A stretch of 20,000 nt of DNA, taken from IMG/VR virus record IMGVR_UViG_3300025679_000006, one strand, 5' to 3'. The notes beneath the pieces are model-generated. The model made no database searches. It had not been told where the DNA came from and saw only the letters and a list, made by a program, of their open reading frames with translations. Below are positions 9,024-16,304 of the stretch, piece by piece. The position numbers and the translations under genes were made by a program. Origin of the DNA: an uncultured virus (IMG/VR IMGVR_UViG_3300025679_000006) (Duplodnaviria > Heunggongvirae > Uroviricota > Caudoviricetes). Positions within the stretch are counted from its first letter, which is position 1, and every line of letters begins with the position of its first letter.

Positions 9024-9545
9024 TTATGTAGCTGAACTTGAAGAACTGGAACTAGAACTACGGCAGCTGGAAGAGCTTGAGCTGCTGGAATACTGTGCCA
9101 CTGTACGGATCAACACGCGAAGCAACTGAGCGGTCGCGGTAGTGGTGTCAAGAGCAACGCCCGCAGCAGTATTAACACCCGCCCAAGCAATGACCTTGTC
9201 GCCGGTCGCAACAATCTCGACCATCTGTCCACGAGTAATCGCAGCACCAGATTCCATCTCCATAACTGATCCGGCCAAAGCAACTTCAACTTTGCCACCG
9301 GCAGTATGGGAAGGTTTCTTAGGCGTTAACACAACGAACCCGAAGATCTGGTCAGTCGCTACTGCCTTCTCGACGAGGATTGTGTTAGCACTGCCTGTGA
9401 TCAACCGAACAGCTGTACCGGCATAGAAAGTACCGCTGGACGCTGTGGTAATCTGGCAAGAGATTGTCGAAGGACTAGGGACTGCTGAAAGCCCTCCCTT
9501 AATTGGTCCCTGTGTGATCTGGTTTAGATTTTGAAATTCAGCCAT
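9024..9545 (-). CDS. Capsid decoration/cement protein paralog 2 with 21-aa poly-Ser tail
   Basis: Directly upstream of the capsid gene. Aligns end to end with 9606..10226 (e.g. IFGF, VEVAL.GSVMEMES). Confidence 0.7.
   Translation of the reverse strand: MAEFQNLNQITQGPIKGGLSAVPSPSTISCQITTASSGTFYAGTAVRLITGSANTILVEKAVATDQIFGFVVLTPKKPSHTAGGKVEVALAGSVMEMESGAAITRGQMVEIVATGDKVIAWAGVNTAAGVALDTTTATAQLLRVLIRTVAQYSSSSSSSSCRSSSSSSSSSAT
9027..9089 (-). repeat. Ser-rich coding tract S8-CR-S9-AT
   Basis: Direct translation. Mixed TCN/AGY codons. Confidence 0.9.
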
Positions 9546-9605
9546 TTGAAGCCTCCTTGTTTAATGTTGTCGAACTTAACTCCCAAGCCGATGTCGGTCT
9601 ATCAA

Positions 9606-10226
9606 TTAGATAGCGGATGAACTTGAACTTGAACTCGAACTTCTACAACTACTGCTTGAGCTACAACTAGAGCTAGACAAGCTCGAACTTGAACTACAGC
9701 TTGAACTGCTAGATCTACAAGAGCTCGAACTACAACTCGAACTGCTACTTCTGCAAGAACTCGAGCTTGAACTTCCTTCTTCCAACGCTGTTTCAATCAA
9801 CACCCGGACAAGAACGTTAGCAGCAGGTGCCATGTCGAGAGCGTGCCCGATGTAGGAGTTGACTCCTCTGAAGGGTGTGACCAACGTCCCCGCAGCCACA
9901 AGCTCTAACACTGCCCCACGTTGGAACGCAATTGCTGACTCCATCTCCATGACGGAACCAGTAAGTGCCACTTCGACTCGGTCTGCCTTGGTCCAGATAT
10001 TCTTCTTGGGCCCATAAACAATGAACCCAAAAATATTATCACCGACTCCCGCCAAATCAACGACATATTCATTGGCATTGCCGGAGACCAACTTCACGGG
10101 GCTCGCAGCCACGAACGCATTCACCGACGTGCTGAGAATAACGCACGACAACGTGCTCGGGTTAGGAACGGCGCTAAGCTGTCCTTTGACGGGGGACTGA
10201 TTTATTGCGTTTAGATTCTGACCCAT
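9606..10226 (-). CDS. Capsid decoration/cement protein paralog 1 with 55-aa Ser/Cys tail
   Basis: Lies between scaffold and capsid. Paralog of 9024..9545. Confidence 0.7.
   Translation of the reverse strand: MGQNLNAINQSPVKGQLSAVPNPSTLSCVILSTSVNAFVAASPVKLVSGNANEYVVDLAGVGDNIFGFIVYGPKKNIWTKADRVEVALTGSVMEMESAIAFQRGAVLELVAAGTLVTPFRGVNSYIGHALDMAPAANVLVRVLIETALEEGSSSSSSCRSSSSSCSSSSCRSSSSSCSSSSSLSSSSCSSSSSCRSSSSSSSSSAI
9609..9773 (-). repeat. Ser/Cys-rich coding tract (43 Ser, 6 Cys in 55 aa)
   Basis: SSSSSSCRSSSSSCSSSSCRSSSSSCSSSSSLSSSSCSSSSSCRSSSSSSSSSAI, encoded by mixed codons. Confidence 0.9.
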
Positions 10227-10238
10227 CCGTCCCTCCTC

Positions 10239-10880
10239 TTATTGATCAGTCCCGTAACGAGTCCTACCGCGATCTACCCGGTTCGTCATGGTGTCGATGG
10301 TAAGGGTGCTAGCGACGGAGCCGTTCTCGCGGGCGGTATTCAAGCGCACGAAATGCTGAACGTCCTTCTTGCCGTTACCTTCGGTGATTTTCTTTTCGTT
10401 TTCTTTCTTCTCTTCTTCTTTCTTCTTGGCCTCTTCGTCCTCGGCGTTTTTCTTCGCCATTTTCTCGTCCTCGTCCTTCTTTTTCAGGGCCTCGTCTTCT
10501 GCGTTCTTTTTGTTCTTCGCCTCTTCTTCTTTTTTCTTTGCTTCTTCCTCGGCGTTTTTAACGACAGTTTCCTTCGCACCCTCTTCTTCGCCCTTCTTGA
10601 TCTCCTTCTGCGCATCATCTGCGTTTTTCTTTTTCGCCTTATACTTCGCGATTAAGTCGCTGACGTTGTGCACGGAACCGTCGATCTCCAATTCGTTTTC
10701 AACGGATTGGACGGCTTCGTAGTCGTTCTCTTTAGAATGCTTGGCAAGCTCAGACAACGACACCATCTCGTTTTCGATCTGAACAAACACATTGTCAGCA
10801 TTCCACTTTTGCTTAGTTGGATCTTTGGGATCCACCTCTGCGCCAGCTTTATCGTTGGACTTTCGGAACAATTGAATCAT
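10239..10880 (-). CDS. Capsid scaffolding protein
   Basis: Highly charged K/E coiled-coil located between the protease and decoration/capsid genes. AGGAGG SD. Confidence 0.75.
   Translation of the reverse strand: MIQLFRKSNDKAGAEVDPKDPTKQKWNADNVFVQIENEMVSLSELAKHSKENDYEAVQSVENELEIDGSVHNVSDLIAKYKAKKKNADDAQKEIKKGEEEGAKETVVKNAEEEAKKKEEEAKNKKNAEDEALKKKDEDEKMAKKNAEDEEAKKKEEEKKENEKKITEGNGKKDVQHFVRLNTARENGSVASTLTIDTMTNRVDRGRTRYGTDQ
10390..10640 (-). repeat. Degenerate coding repeat K-K-N-A-E/D-D/E-E-A-K-K-K in the scaffold
   Basis: KKKNADDAQK, VVKNAEEEAKKK, NKKNAEDEALKKK, AKKNAEDEEAKKK. Confidence 0.8.
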
Positions 10881-10900
10881 TTCTCTTCCTCCTTTTTAGT

Positions 10901-11659
10901 TTACGTACTCTTTGCCACCTTCACCGTTACAAAATTGTCCCTCCTCTCCTTCGCCTTTTCGTAGGCAGAGCATTCTTGCGTTTGCCCGAGAAGCCTTTCA
11001 TCAGCATAACGTTGAGAAATCTCCCCACCCGCGCCCGCAACAGAGCACTTGCCCTGGACGAGATATTCGCAAGTGTCACAGACTCTTTGAACTTTGTTAA
11101 CACGAACAGTTACCACATTCTTACGACCCGCGCCTTCTTTAATAGAAGCCTTCTTTGAGTTCACCAACATCTGGGTTGGTTGAATTACGCACTTCTCATA
11201 TCTGGGGGAAGTAACTAAAGCGAGGTGGTTGAACACCCCGTCGATAATCTCCTCATTATATTTAATTGCGTGCCACTCTCCGCCGGGCCCGGTGACTACT
11301 TGGTCGTACGCGCAAGAGACAGAGTAGCCGTTGGCTACCTTCTCCTTGGCTTTGTCGTCGGTCAGAATAAAAGAACAATAGGCCCACCCGGAGTAGTCGT
11401 CGAACCAAACTCTTGTAACATACCCCACAGCATGATCCTGGAAGTCCTTGGGGGACACGTCCACGTGGTTGATAACAACGGGCTTACCCACGAAGGTCGG
11501 GAGCATCTTGTTTATCGTGGCCTTGGTGAGCATTGCGATGCCGGCGTCTACGTCCTCATAGGACACGAGCCCACTCTCTAAGAAGTTGACCACGTATTCG
11601 CTGGGCCAATCCTTAGCGTTCGATTTAGCTTGCTGTATTCTTTTAGTTGTGATAATCAT
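10901..11659 (-). CDS. Prohead maturation protease (DUF2213-like) with C-terminal Cys-rich extension
   Basis: Motifs FVGKPVVINH, AVGYV, GYSVSCAY, FNHLALVTSPRY. About 85 extra C-terminal residues with CDTC..C..C. Confidence 0.8.
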   Translation of the reverse strand: MIITTKRIQQAKSNAKDWPSEYVVNFLESGLVSYEDVDAGIAMLTKATINKMLPTFVGKPVVINHVDVSPKDFQDHAVGYVTRVWFDDYSGWAYCSFILTDDKAKEKVANGYSVSCAYDQVVTGPGGEWHAIKYNEEIIDGVFNHLALVTSPRYEKCVIQPTQMLVNSKKASIKEGAGRKNVVTVRVNKVQRVCDTCEYLVQGKCSVAGAGGEISQRYADERLLGQTQECSAYEKAKERRDNFVTVKVAKST

Positions 11660-12057
11660 TTATTTAATGCCCCCCCCCCGCGACTTAACCAATAGATAAC
11701 TAAATTAAAAATCGAAATCAATATCCCGACGACGGCAATTCCTATCGAGATCGTCACAGCACTTTGATCTGCTTTTCCCTCCACCTTCGCATTAACAAGT
11801 CGTAGATCCTCAACCTTATTTGCTATTTCTTGATGCTGTACCGCATAGACACTCTTGTCCACAAATGTTGTAGCCTGTGCAGTCAGCTGCTCACGCACTT
11901 GGTTTGAGGCGTGCATACGTGCGTCAAGAACTTCCTTAGACAATGTTCCAGCAATTTCGCTAGCTCTCTCCTTAGCTTCGGCAAGCTCCCTGTTTGCCTT
12001 CACCAGAACCTCTAGCGCGACCAGCCGTTTATCAATTATATTGATAGGGTTGTTCAT
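11656..12057 (-). CDS. Coiled-coil protein with C-terminal transmembrane helix (133 aa)
   Basis: Start re-called to ATG 12057 (MNNPINIIDKR), with GGAGGT SD and ATGA overlap with the MuF stop. Hydrophobic segment VTISIGIAVVGILISIFNLVIYWL. Confidence 0.65.
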   Translation of the reverse strand: MNNPINIIDKRLVALEVLVKANRELAEAKERASEIAGTLSKEVLDARMHASNQVREQLTAQATTFVDKSVYAVQHQEIANKVEDLRLVNAKVEGKADQSAVTISIGIAVVGILISIFNLVIYWLSRGGGALNK

Positions 12058-13451
12058 ACTAGCACCTCCAGCTTTAGCTTCTCGACAAACCAAGTAGGCA
12101 TAATGTCTATTGCTTCTTCCAGTTCGGCGTCCGGGACTGTGACGGTGCAAGAGATACTCTCCACGCCTTCGTCCAAAGAGGCCATAGCGCGATGACGACC
12201 GTCTTGCCAAAACAAAATGCGCTTGCCTGTCCACTTATACTCTAAGGTCGGGCCCGCGACAACAGTCCCCATTCGGATTTGCCTACGAATGGCTTCCACT
12301 TTCTCTGGGAGCATTGTAGCGAAGAGATGCTGCATCGTCGGATAACCGAAGCCTTGTTGTACCAGCTCGAGATACTCGGCGGGCTTGAGGTCCACTTTAA
12401 TAACCTTAGCGTTGTGGAGTGCGATATGCTCGTCTGACTCCAGCAGGTTAATACCACTAATCTCGGTATCGTACAAAGGACGCTTGGTCGAGGAGCCCGG
12501 CTTCATAATTACTGGAAGAGCAACACATCTGCATCCGAAGTCTTCGCCGGGGTTGTTCCTTGCCCCAGTCGCCTTGTCAGTAATAGGCGGAGAGTCCCAA
12601 GAGAAGATACGCCCATTCAACTCTTTGTGGTCTTCGCGCACGCGTAAGTCCGAAGAGGTAGACCATTGGTATTGGTTAAGGCCCGCTTCTTCGTACCGCA
12701 CTTGACGATACTTTGCAACGAATAGGGATGTCTCTTGCCGGGCCACAAACTTAGCGCGATTGGCGGTGACCCCATACTCCGACATCAAAATCTTCTTAAG
12801 GCCCTTGGCCCGAATACCTTGTCCGACTGCGTCTTCTACTCTTTGACGCATCCTGTAGATAGCGTCGGCCCCGAGGTCTTCAATCTCATCATAAACGTTC
12901 GCAGTGTAACTGGCAATCATCTTCTCTTCCATAGCGCCATGCATTTCGACTGGGATCTCTAAGTCCTTCGGAGTTAACTTCTCAAATTGTTTGTGCAAGT
13001 CGGCGAGTGTGCTCTTCGCTACGTCGACTGTGTTAGGGATAATAATGTTGTTGTCTGTTAATTCTTGGAGTTTTTTACGCATCTTGGAAATGGCTTCCGA
13101 CTCCACCACGCTCCCTCTTGAAATGGCAGCCCGGATATCGGGAGGGAAACTAGAGAGACTAATTTTAAACGCCTTCTTCGGGATGTTGAAGGTAGCGCCC
13201 AGAAGTTTAAGAGCTTTGGATATCCCGGCGTTAAACTTCCCATAGACGAAGCCCTCGCTGAAATGAATTGTCCCGCTAACGAAAGCTTGCACCAGTGGAG
13301 AAACAGGCGCGTTCTCTCGGCTCTCTGCTGGATCTAACAGATTCAGCAGAGGTTTGTACAACAATTGAAACAGCTCATACGCCAAAGTCTGCTCCAGATA
13401 CTTGGAGTAGGCGTCCTTGTCTCGAATCGGTTGTATGAATTTTGCGTACAT
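12054..13451 (-). CDS. MuF / SPP1 gp7-like minor head protein fused to a C-terminal ParB/Srx-like domain
   Basis: MuF motifs RAKFVARQETS, YQWSTSSDLRVREDHKELNG, PGEDFGCRC. The C-terminal ~118 aa contain P-x-L...QDGRHRAMA. Confidence 0.85.
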   Translation of the reverse strand: MYAKFIQPIRDKDAYSKYLEQTLAYELFQLLYKPLLNLLDPAESRENAPVSPLVQAFVSGTIHFSEGFVYGKFNAGISKALKLLGATFNIPKKAFKISLSSFPPDIRAAISRGSVVESEAISKMRKKLQELTDNNIIIPNTVDVAKSTLADLHKQFEKLTPKDLEIPVEMHGAMEEKMIASYTANVYDEIEDLGADAIYRMRQRVEDAVGQGIRAKGLKKILMSEYGVTANRAKFVARQETSLFVAKYRQVRYEEAGLNQYQWSTSSDLRVREDHKELNGRIFSWDSPPITDKATGARNNPGEDFGCRCVALPVIMKPGSSTKRPLYDTEISGINLLESDEHIALHNAKVIKVDLKPAEYLELVQQGFGYPTMQHLFATMLPEKVEAIRRQIRMGTVVAGPTLEYKWTGKRILFWQDGRHRAMASLDEGVESISCTVTVPDAELEEAIDIMPTWFVEKLKLEVLV

Positions 13452-13760
13452 CTATTCCTTTGAGCTATAGACTGGGATTCCAGCCATAGTTAGATCAGTA
13501 TGACATTTTTCGCACTCATCATCGTAATTCGTAATTGGAGTAACGTGCCCACAATTATCACACTTAATCCCCACAACTTTTTTAGCATTCTCCACTTGCC
13601 CAGTCCCCTTGCAATTCTTACACTGGAACAACATCAACTTACTTCCGCCTTCGCAGACCGGGCAGTTGCAGGTGTTGCTCTTCTTGGAGCCGTAGCCTTT
13701 GTCGCCACGTTCCAACATTCCTTGTCCGCCTTTGAACTTATAAGATTCTGTTTCGTACAT
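13452..13760 (-). CDS. Double zinc-finger protein (102 aa)
   Basis: CPVCEGG, CKNCKGTG, CDNCG, CEKC motifs. AAGGAG SD. Confidence 0.7.
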   Translation of the reverse strand: MYETESYKFKGGQGMLERGDKGYGSKKSNTCNCPVCEGGSKLMLFQCKNCKGTGQVENAKKVVGIKCDNCGHVTPITNYDDECEKCHTDLTMAGIPVYSSKE

Positions 13761-13770
13761 ATTGTCTCCT

Positions 13771-14049
13771 TTAAAAACTCCAGGACGCCGACGTCCCGGT
13801 TGTTGAGCCGTAATGGTTGAACCCGCCTACGATGATTGTGAAACCCCTCGGAGTCGGCCTTGCCAAAGCCTTGTCGTGCTCGGCTTTGTGTTTCATCAAA
13901 TACTCGTAGGACAAATTAATCTCTTTCATCCTCTCCGGATCTCCACCCCGGTCTGGGTGGTTCTTGAGGGCCAAGGCACGATACTGCTTCTTGATCTCTG
14001 CGATCGAAGGTGTGCCTGACATGTCGAGGATGTAGTAGCGGTTGTCCAT
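13771..14049 (-). CDS. Stand-alone J-domain (DnaJ-family) protein
   Basis: YYILD...EIKKQYRALALKNHPDRGGDPERMKEINLSYEYL, containing the canonical HPD motif. Confidence 0.9.
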   Translation of the reverse strand: MDNRYYILDMSGTPSIAEIKKQYRALALKNHPDRGGDPERMKEINLSYEYLMKHKAEHDKALARPTPRGFTIIVGGFNHYGSTTGTSASWSF

Positions 14050-14472
14050 TTATCTCTCGCCGACCTCAAAAGTGTTATCCCCATTACAAGCAGAGCATGT
14101 AGATCCTTTATGCCCCATAAATCTCTTCCCACAATCGTCACACTCTACTTCTACTTTACTATCATTTTTCACGCTCGCGTAGCGTTGTGTCCCGCGATCG
14201 GTGCGCATCTCGAGAGTGTCAAGACGTTGCATAGCTGTTAAATCGTTGTCCTTCTTACGAATCAGTTCTTCTTCTTGCAATTGGTGCTCCTCGAGACTGG
14301 CTTCGTCTTCGCTGTTCTTTTTCTTTTGTAATTCTTTCACCTTAGCGTTGGCCTCCGCTCTTGTCTGGAACATGTCTATGAGTTTCTGACCATCATAGAG
14401 GGTGAAGTTGAGCGCACCCTCTTTGCCCCACCTATCCTCTTTGATCTTGTAGTCATGGTATTCATCAGACAT
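14050..14472 (-). CDS. Modular protein with scaffold-like motif and C-terminal zinc ribbon (140 aa)
   Basis: Contains LDTLEMRTDRGTQRYA and CDDCG...CSAC. Abuts the neighbouring genes. Confidence 0.7.
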   Translation of the reverse strand: MSDEYHDYKIKEDRWGKEGALNFTLYDGQKLIDMFQTRAEANAKVKELQKKKNSEDEASLEEHQLQEEELIRKKDNDLTAMQRLDTLEMRTDRGTQRYASVKNDSKVEVECDDCGKRFMGHKGSTCSACNGDNTFEVGER

Positions 14473-14804
14473 TAACTACCTACTTTTTCTTCGGAGCCTT
14501 CCCATTTGAATTCTCCGTTGATCCCCACTGGAAAATAATCTCCGCAAGTGCAACAAAAAGTAGACCCATAATAAAAAGGATTACGCGCATAGGTCTCCGC
14601 TATTGCTTGGGGCATGTTCGTAGATCCACCACACTTCTCGTGGACGTACGTCTTCCGCACCGGGCGAATAAACCCCTTGGCCCGTTCTTCTTCTGGGAGC
14701 ACCCAATGGTCGACGTGCTGTCCGTCGGGACGCTTCTCCTTGTTCGGGACTGACTCCGTCTCCGGCTCGACTGGCTTGTTCCCACTGTTAGTTGCTTTTT
14801 CCAT
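14472..14804 (-). CDS. Hypothetical zinc-binding phage protein (110 aa)
   Basis: HEKCG...FCCTC motif. AAGGAG SD. Confidence 0.7.
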   Translation of the reverse strand: MEKATNSGNKPVEPETESVPNKEKRPDGQHVDHWVLPEEERAKGFIRPVRKTYVHEKCGGSTNMPQAIAETYARNPFYYGSTFCCTCGDYFPVGINGEFKWEGSEEKVGS

Positions 14805-14812
14805 ACTTCTCC

Positions 14813-15067
14813 TTAAGGCGCAACAGGTGGAACTGCTGCGTTAATTGCTGTTACTGCAGCGTCTACGGCAACCTTGGCAGCGTCGATAGCAGCCTTGTTG
14901 GTCGTGTTCAGCGCAGCTAATGCTGCTGGCAACCCCGCGATTGTGGTTGTCAGGGTACCGATTGATGCTGTTAAATCAATGACGGATTGGTCCATTTTTC
15001 TCTCCCTTTTAATCTGCCTGAGAATAAACAGGCAGAACAACACTTGTGCTACTGCGAATAAAAACAT
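14813..15067 (-). CDS. Small Ala-rich helical protein with N-terminal hydrophobic segment (possible second start at 14995)
   Basis: ATG 15067 is preceded by GAGGT just after the upstream stop. Translation MFLFAVAQVLFCLFILRQIKRERKMDQSVIDL... The internal ATG at 14995 is preceded by AGGGAG. Confidence 0.55.
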   Translation of the reverse strand: MFLFAVAQVLFCLFILRQIKRERKMDQSVIDLTASIGTLTTTIAGLPAALAALNTTNKAAIDAAKVAVDAAVTAINAAVPPVAP

Positions 15068-15075
15068 AGGCGACC

Positions 15076-15552
15076 TCAAAACGTTAGCTTGAACTGTGCC
15101 CCGATAAATGGTGCTTCTTTCCATTTGTTCGACGGTGTGTCAAAACGCGCACCATACCCGCCACCAACGTAAAGATACTGGGTGTACTTTAAGATCGGTA
15201 CGTTTTGAACTGGAAGGAATTGACCGATGTTATAGTCAATGCTCAGGCCCGCTCCGTCCAGGTTCAACATGGCGATGTCTAGCGAGATGTTCTTCCACGT
15301 AATTAAGGTCGCGCCGGTGTAGGTCACAAACTCTTTACGCTTGAAGTCCCAAACAGTACCCTCGCGTACGCCGAGGTAGTTCACAATGTTGGTAACGTCG
15401 GTGAAGATCGTATTGGGGTCAATAGTAACCTGATCCCCGGTCGTGGGGTTGACTACCTTGTACGACGCTGTGCGTTGCGGGCCGAAGATGTCGGCGTTCG
15501 CAACGGTGCACAATCCAAACAGTAACACGATGCTGAGTAATACGTTTTTCAT
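15076..15552 (-). CDS. Exported protein, probable small outer-membrane beta-barrel
   Basis: Sec signal MKNVLLSIVLLFGLCTVANA, alternating beta-strands (YLYVGGGYG), and C-terminal FIGAQFKLTF ending in Phe. Confidence 0.6.
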   Translation of the reverse strand: MKNVLLSIVLLFGLCTVANADIFGPQRTASYKVVNPTTGDQVTIDPNTIFTDVTNIVNYLGVREGTVWDFKRKEFVTYTGATLITWKNISLDIAMLNLDGAGLSIDYNIGQFLPVQNVPILKYTQYLYVGGGYGARFDTPSNKWKEAPFIGAQFKLTF

Positions 15553-15565
15553 TTTGTCTCCTTTT

Positions 15566-16303
15566 TTAAGCTCTGAGTGTCCACATGTCAGAGACTAGGT
15601 TCTTGAAATAGTCGTAGGGCATCCAGAAGTTCCCCGAAAGGCCCCAAGCCGTACCCCAAGAGTTACGTACGAAGACAGCATTCTTGCTGTCGTCATATCC
15701 AATTACCAATACACAATGCCCACCAACAACGCGCTCAAAAGAACCCGGCATTTTAGCAATGCCAGTTGACGCAACGTCCGGAGCTTCAAAGCCACTGTAC
15801 ACTGTGAACCCGATGATGACTGGGAAGCCTTGTGCGAGCGAATTTTTAACGGACATCAAATCGGTACAACGAAAATAGTTAGTAATCTTGTTCGACCCTG
15901 CTGCTGCATACGCAGCGTCGGGTGGCTGTACCGCGAACTGAGTGATATCGTATGGCCACAAGTCCTCGTTACAAGCTCCCTTCCTTGCTAGCCCGGCAAC
16001 TACGTCCCGAATCTGTGCTCCGTCGTCTTCGGCAGTGGTGCCCTCAATCTCTCTACCGTCGTAGTAGATCATTAGCCGAGAAGAAGGCGAGGAGCCTTCG
16101 TGGATAAACAACATTGCTGCCCCGCAGCCGTGCCCAGTGCATGAGCCTAATTCGCCTTGATCCCAACACGCGGGCAACTTGTCGGTAAGCAGGACGCTGG
16201 GAGGCATAAAGACCATCTTGTCGTGTTGCGACTCGTGGTACAGCATATCACGAGAGTCCTTCTTGTCCGGTTTACATCCGTACCGCTTCGTGTGTTTTAT
16301 CAT
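15566..16303 (-). CDS. Papain-family (C1A) cysteine peptidase
   Basis: Catalytic motifs QGELGSCTGH (Gln, Cys), GGHCVLVIGY (His), VRNSWG (Asn). No signal peptide. Confidence 0.92.
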   Translation of the reverse strand: MIKHTKRYGCKPDKKDSRDMLYHESQHDKMVFMPPSVLLTDKLPACWDQGELGSCTGHGCGAAMLFIHEGSSPSSRLMIYYDGREIEGTTAEDDGAQIRDVVAGLARKGACNEDLWPYDITQFAVQPPDAAYAAAGSNKITNYFRCTDLMSVKNSLAQGFPVIIGFTVYSGFEAPDVASTGIAKMPGSFERVVGGHCVLVIGYDDSKNAVFVRNSWGTAWGLSGNFWMPYDYFKNLVSDMWTLRA

Positions 16304-16304
16304 T

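Noticed and set aside
9027..9773. Repetitive gaactt/gagct DNA as a CRISPR array or non-coding tandem repeat
   Set aside because: There is no constant repeat-spacer structure. The pattern is fully explained by in-frame serine codons.
10242..10964. Phe/Leu/Ser-rich plus-strand ORFs resembling membrane proteins
   Set aside because: They are the antisense reading of the Lys/Glu-rich scaffold codons.
12058..12234. N-terminal 59 aa of the 192-aa ORF-track call
   Set aside because: It overlaps the MuF gene. A better start with a GGAGGT SD and ATGA coupling exists at 12057.
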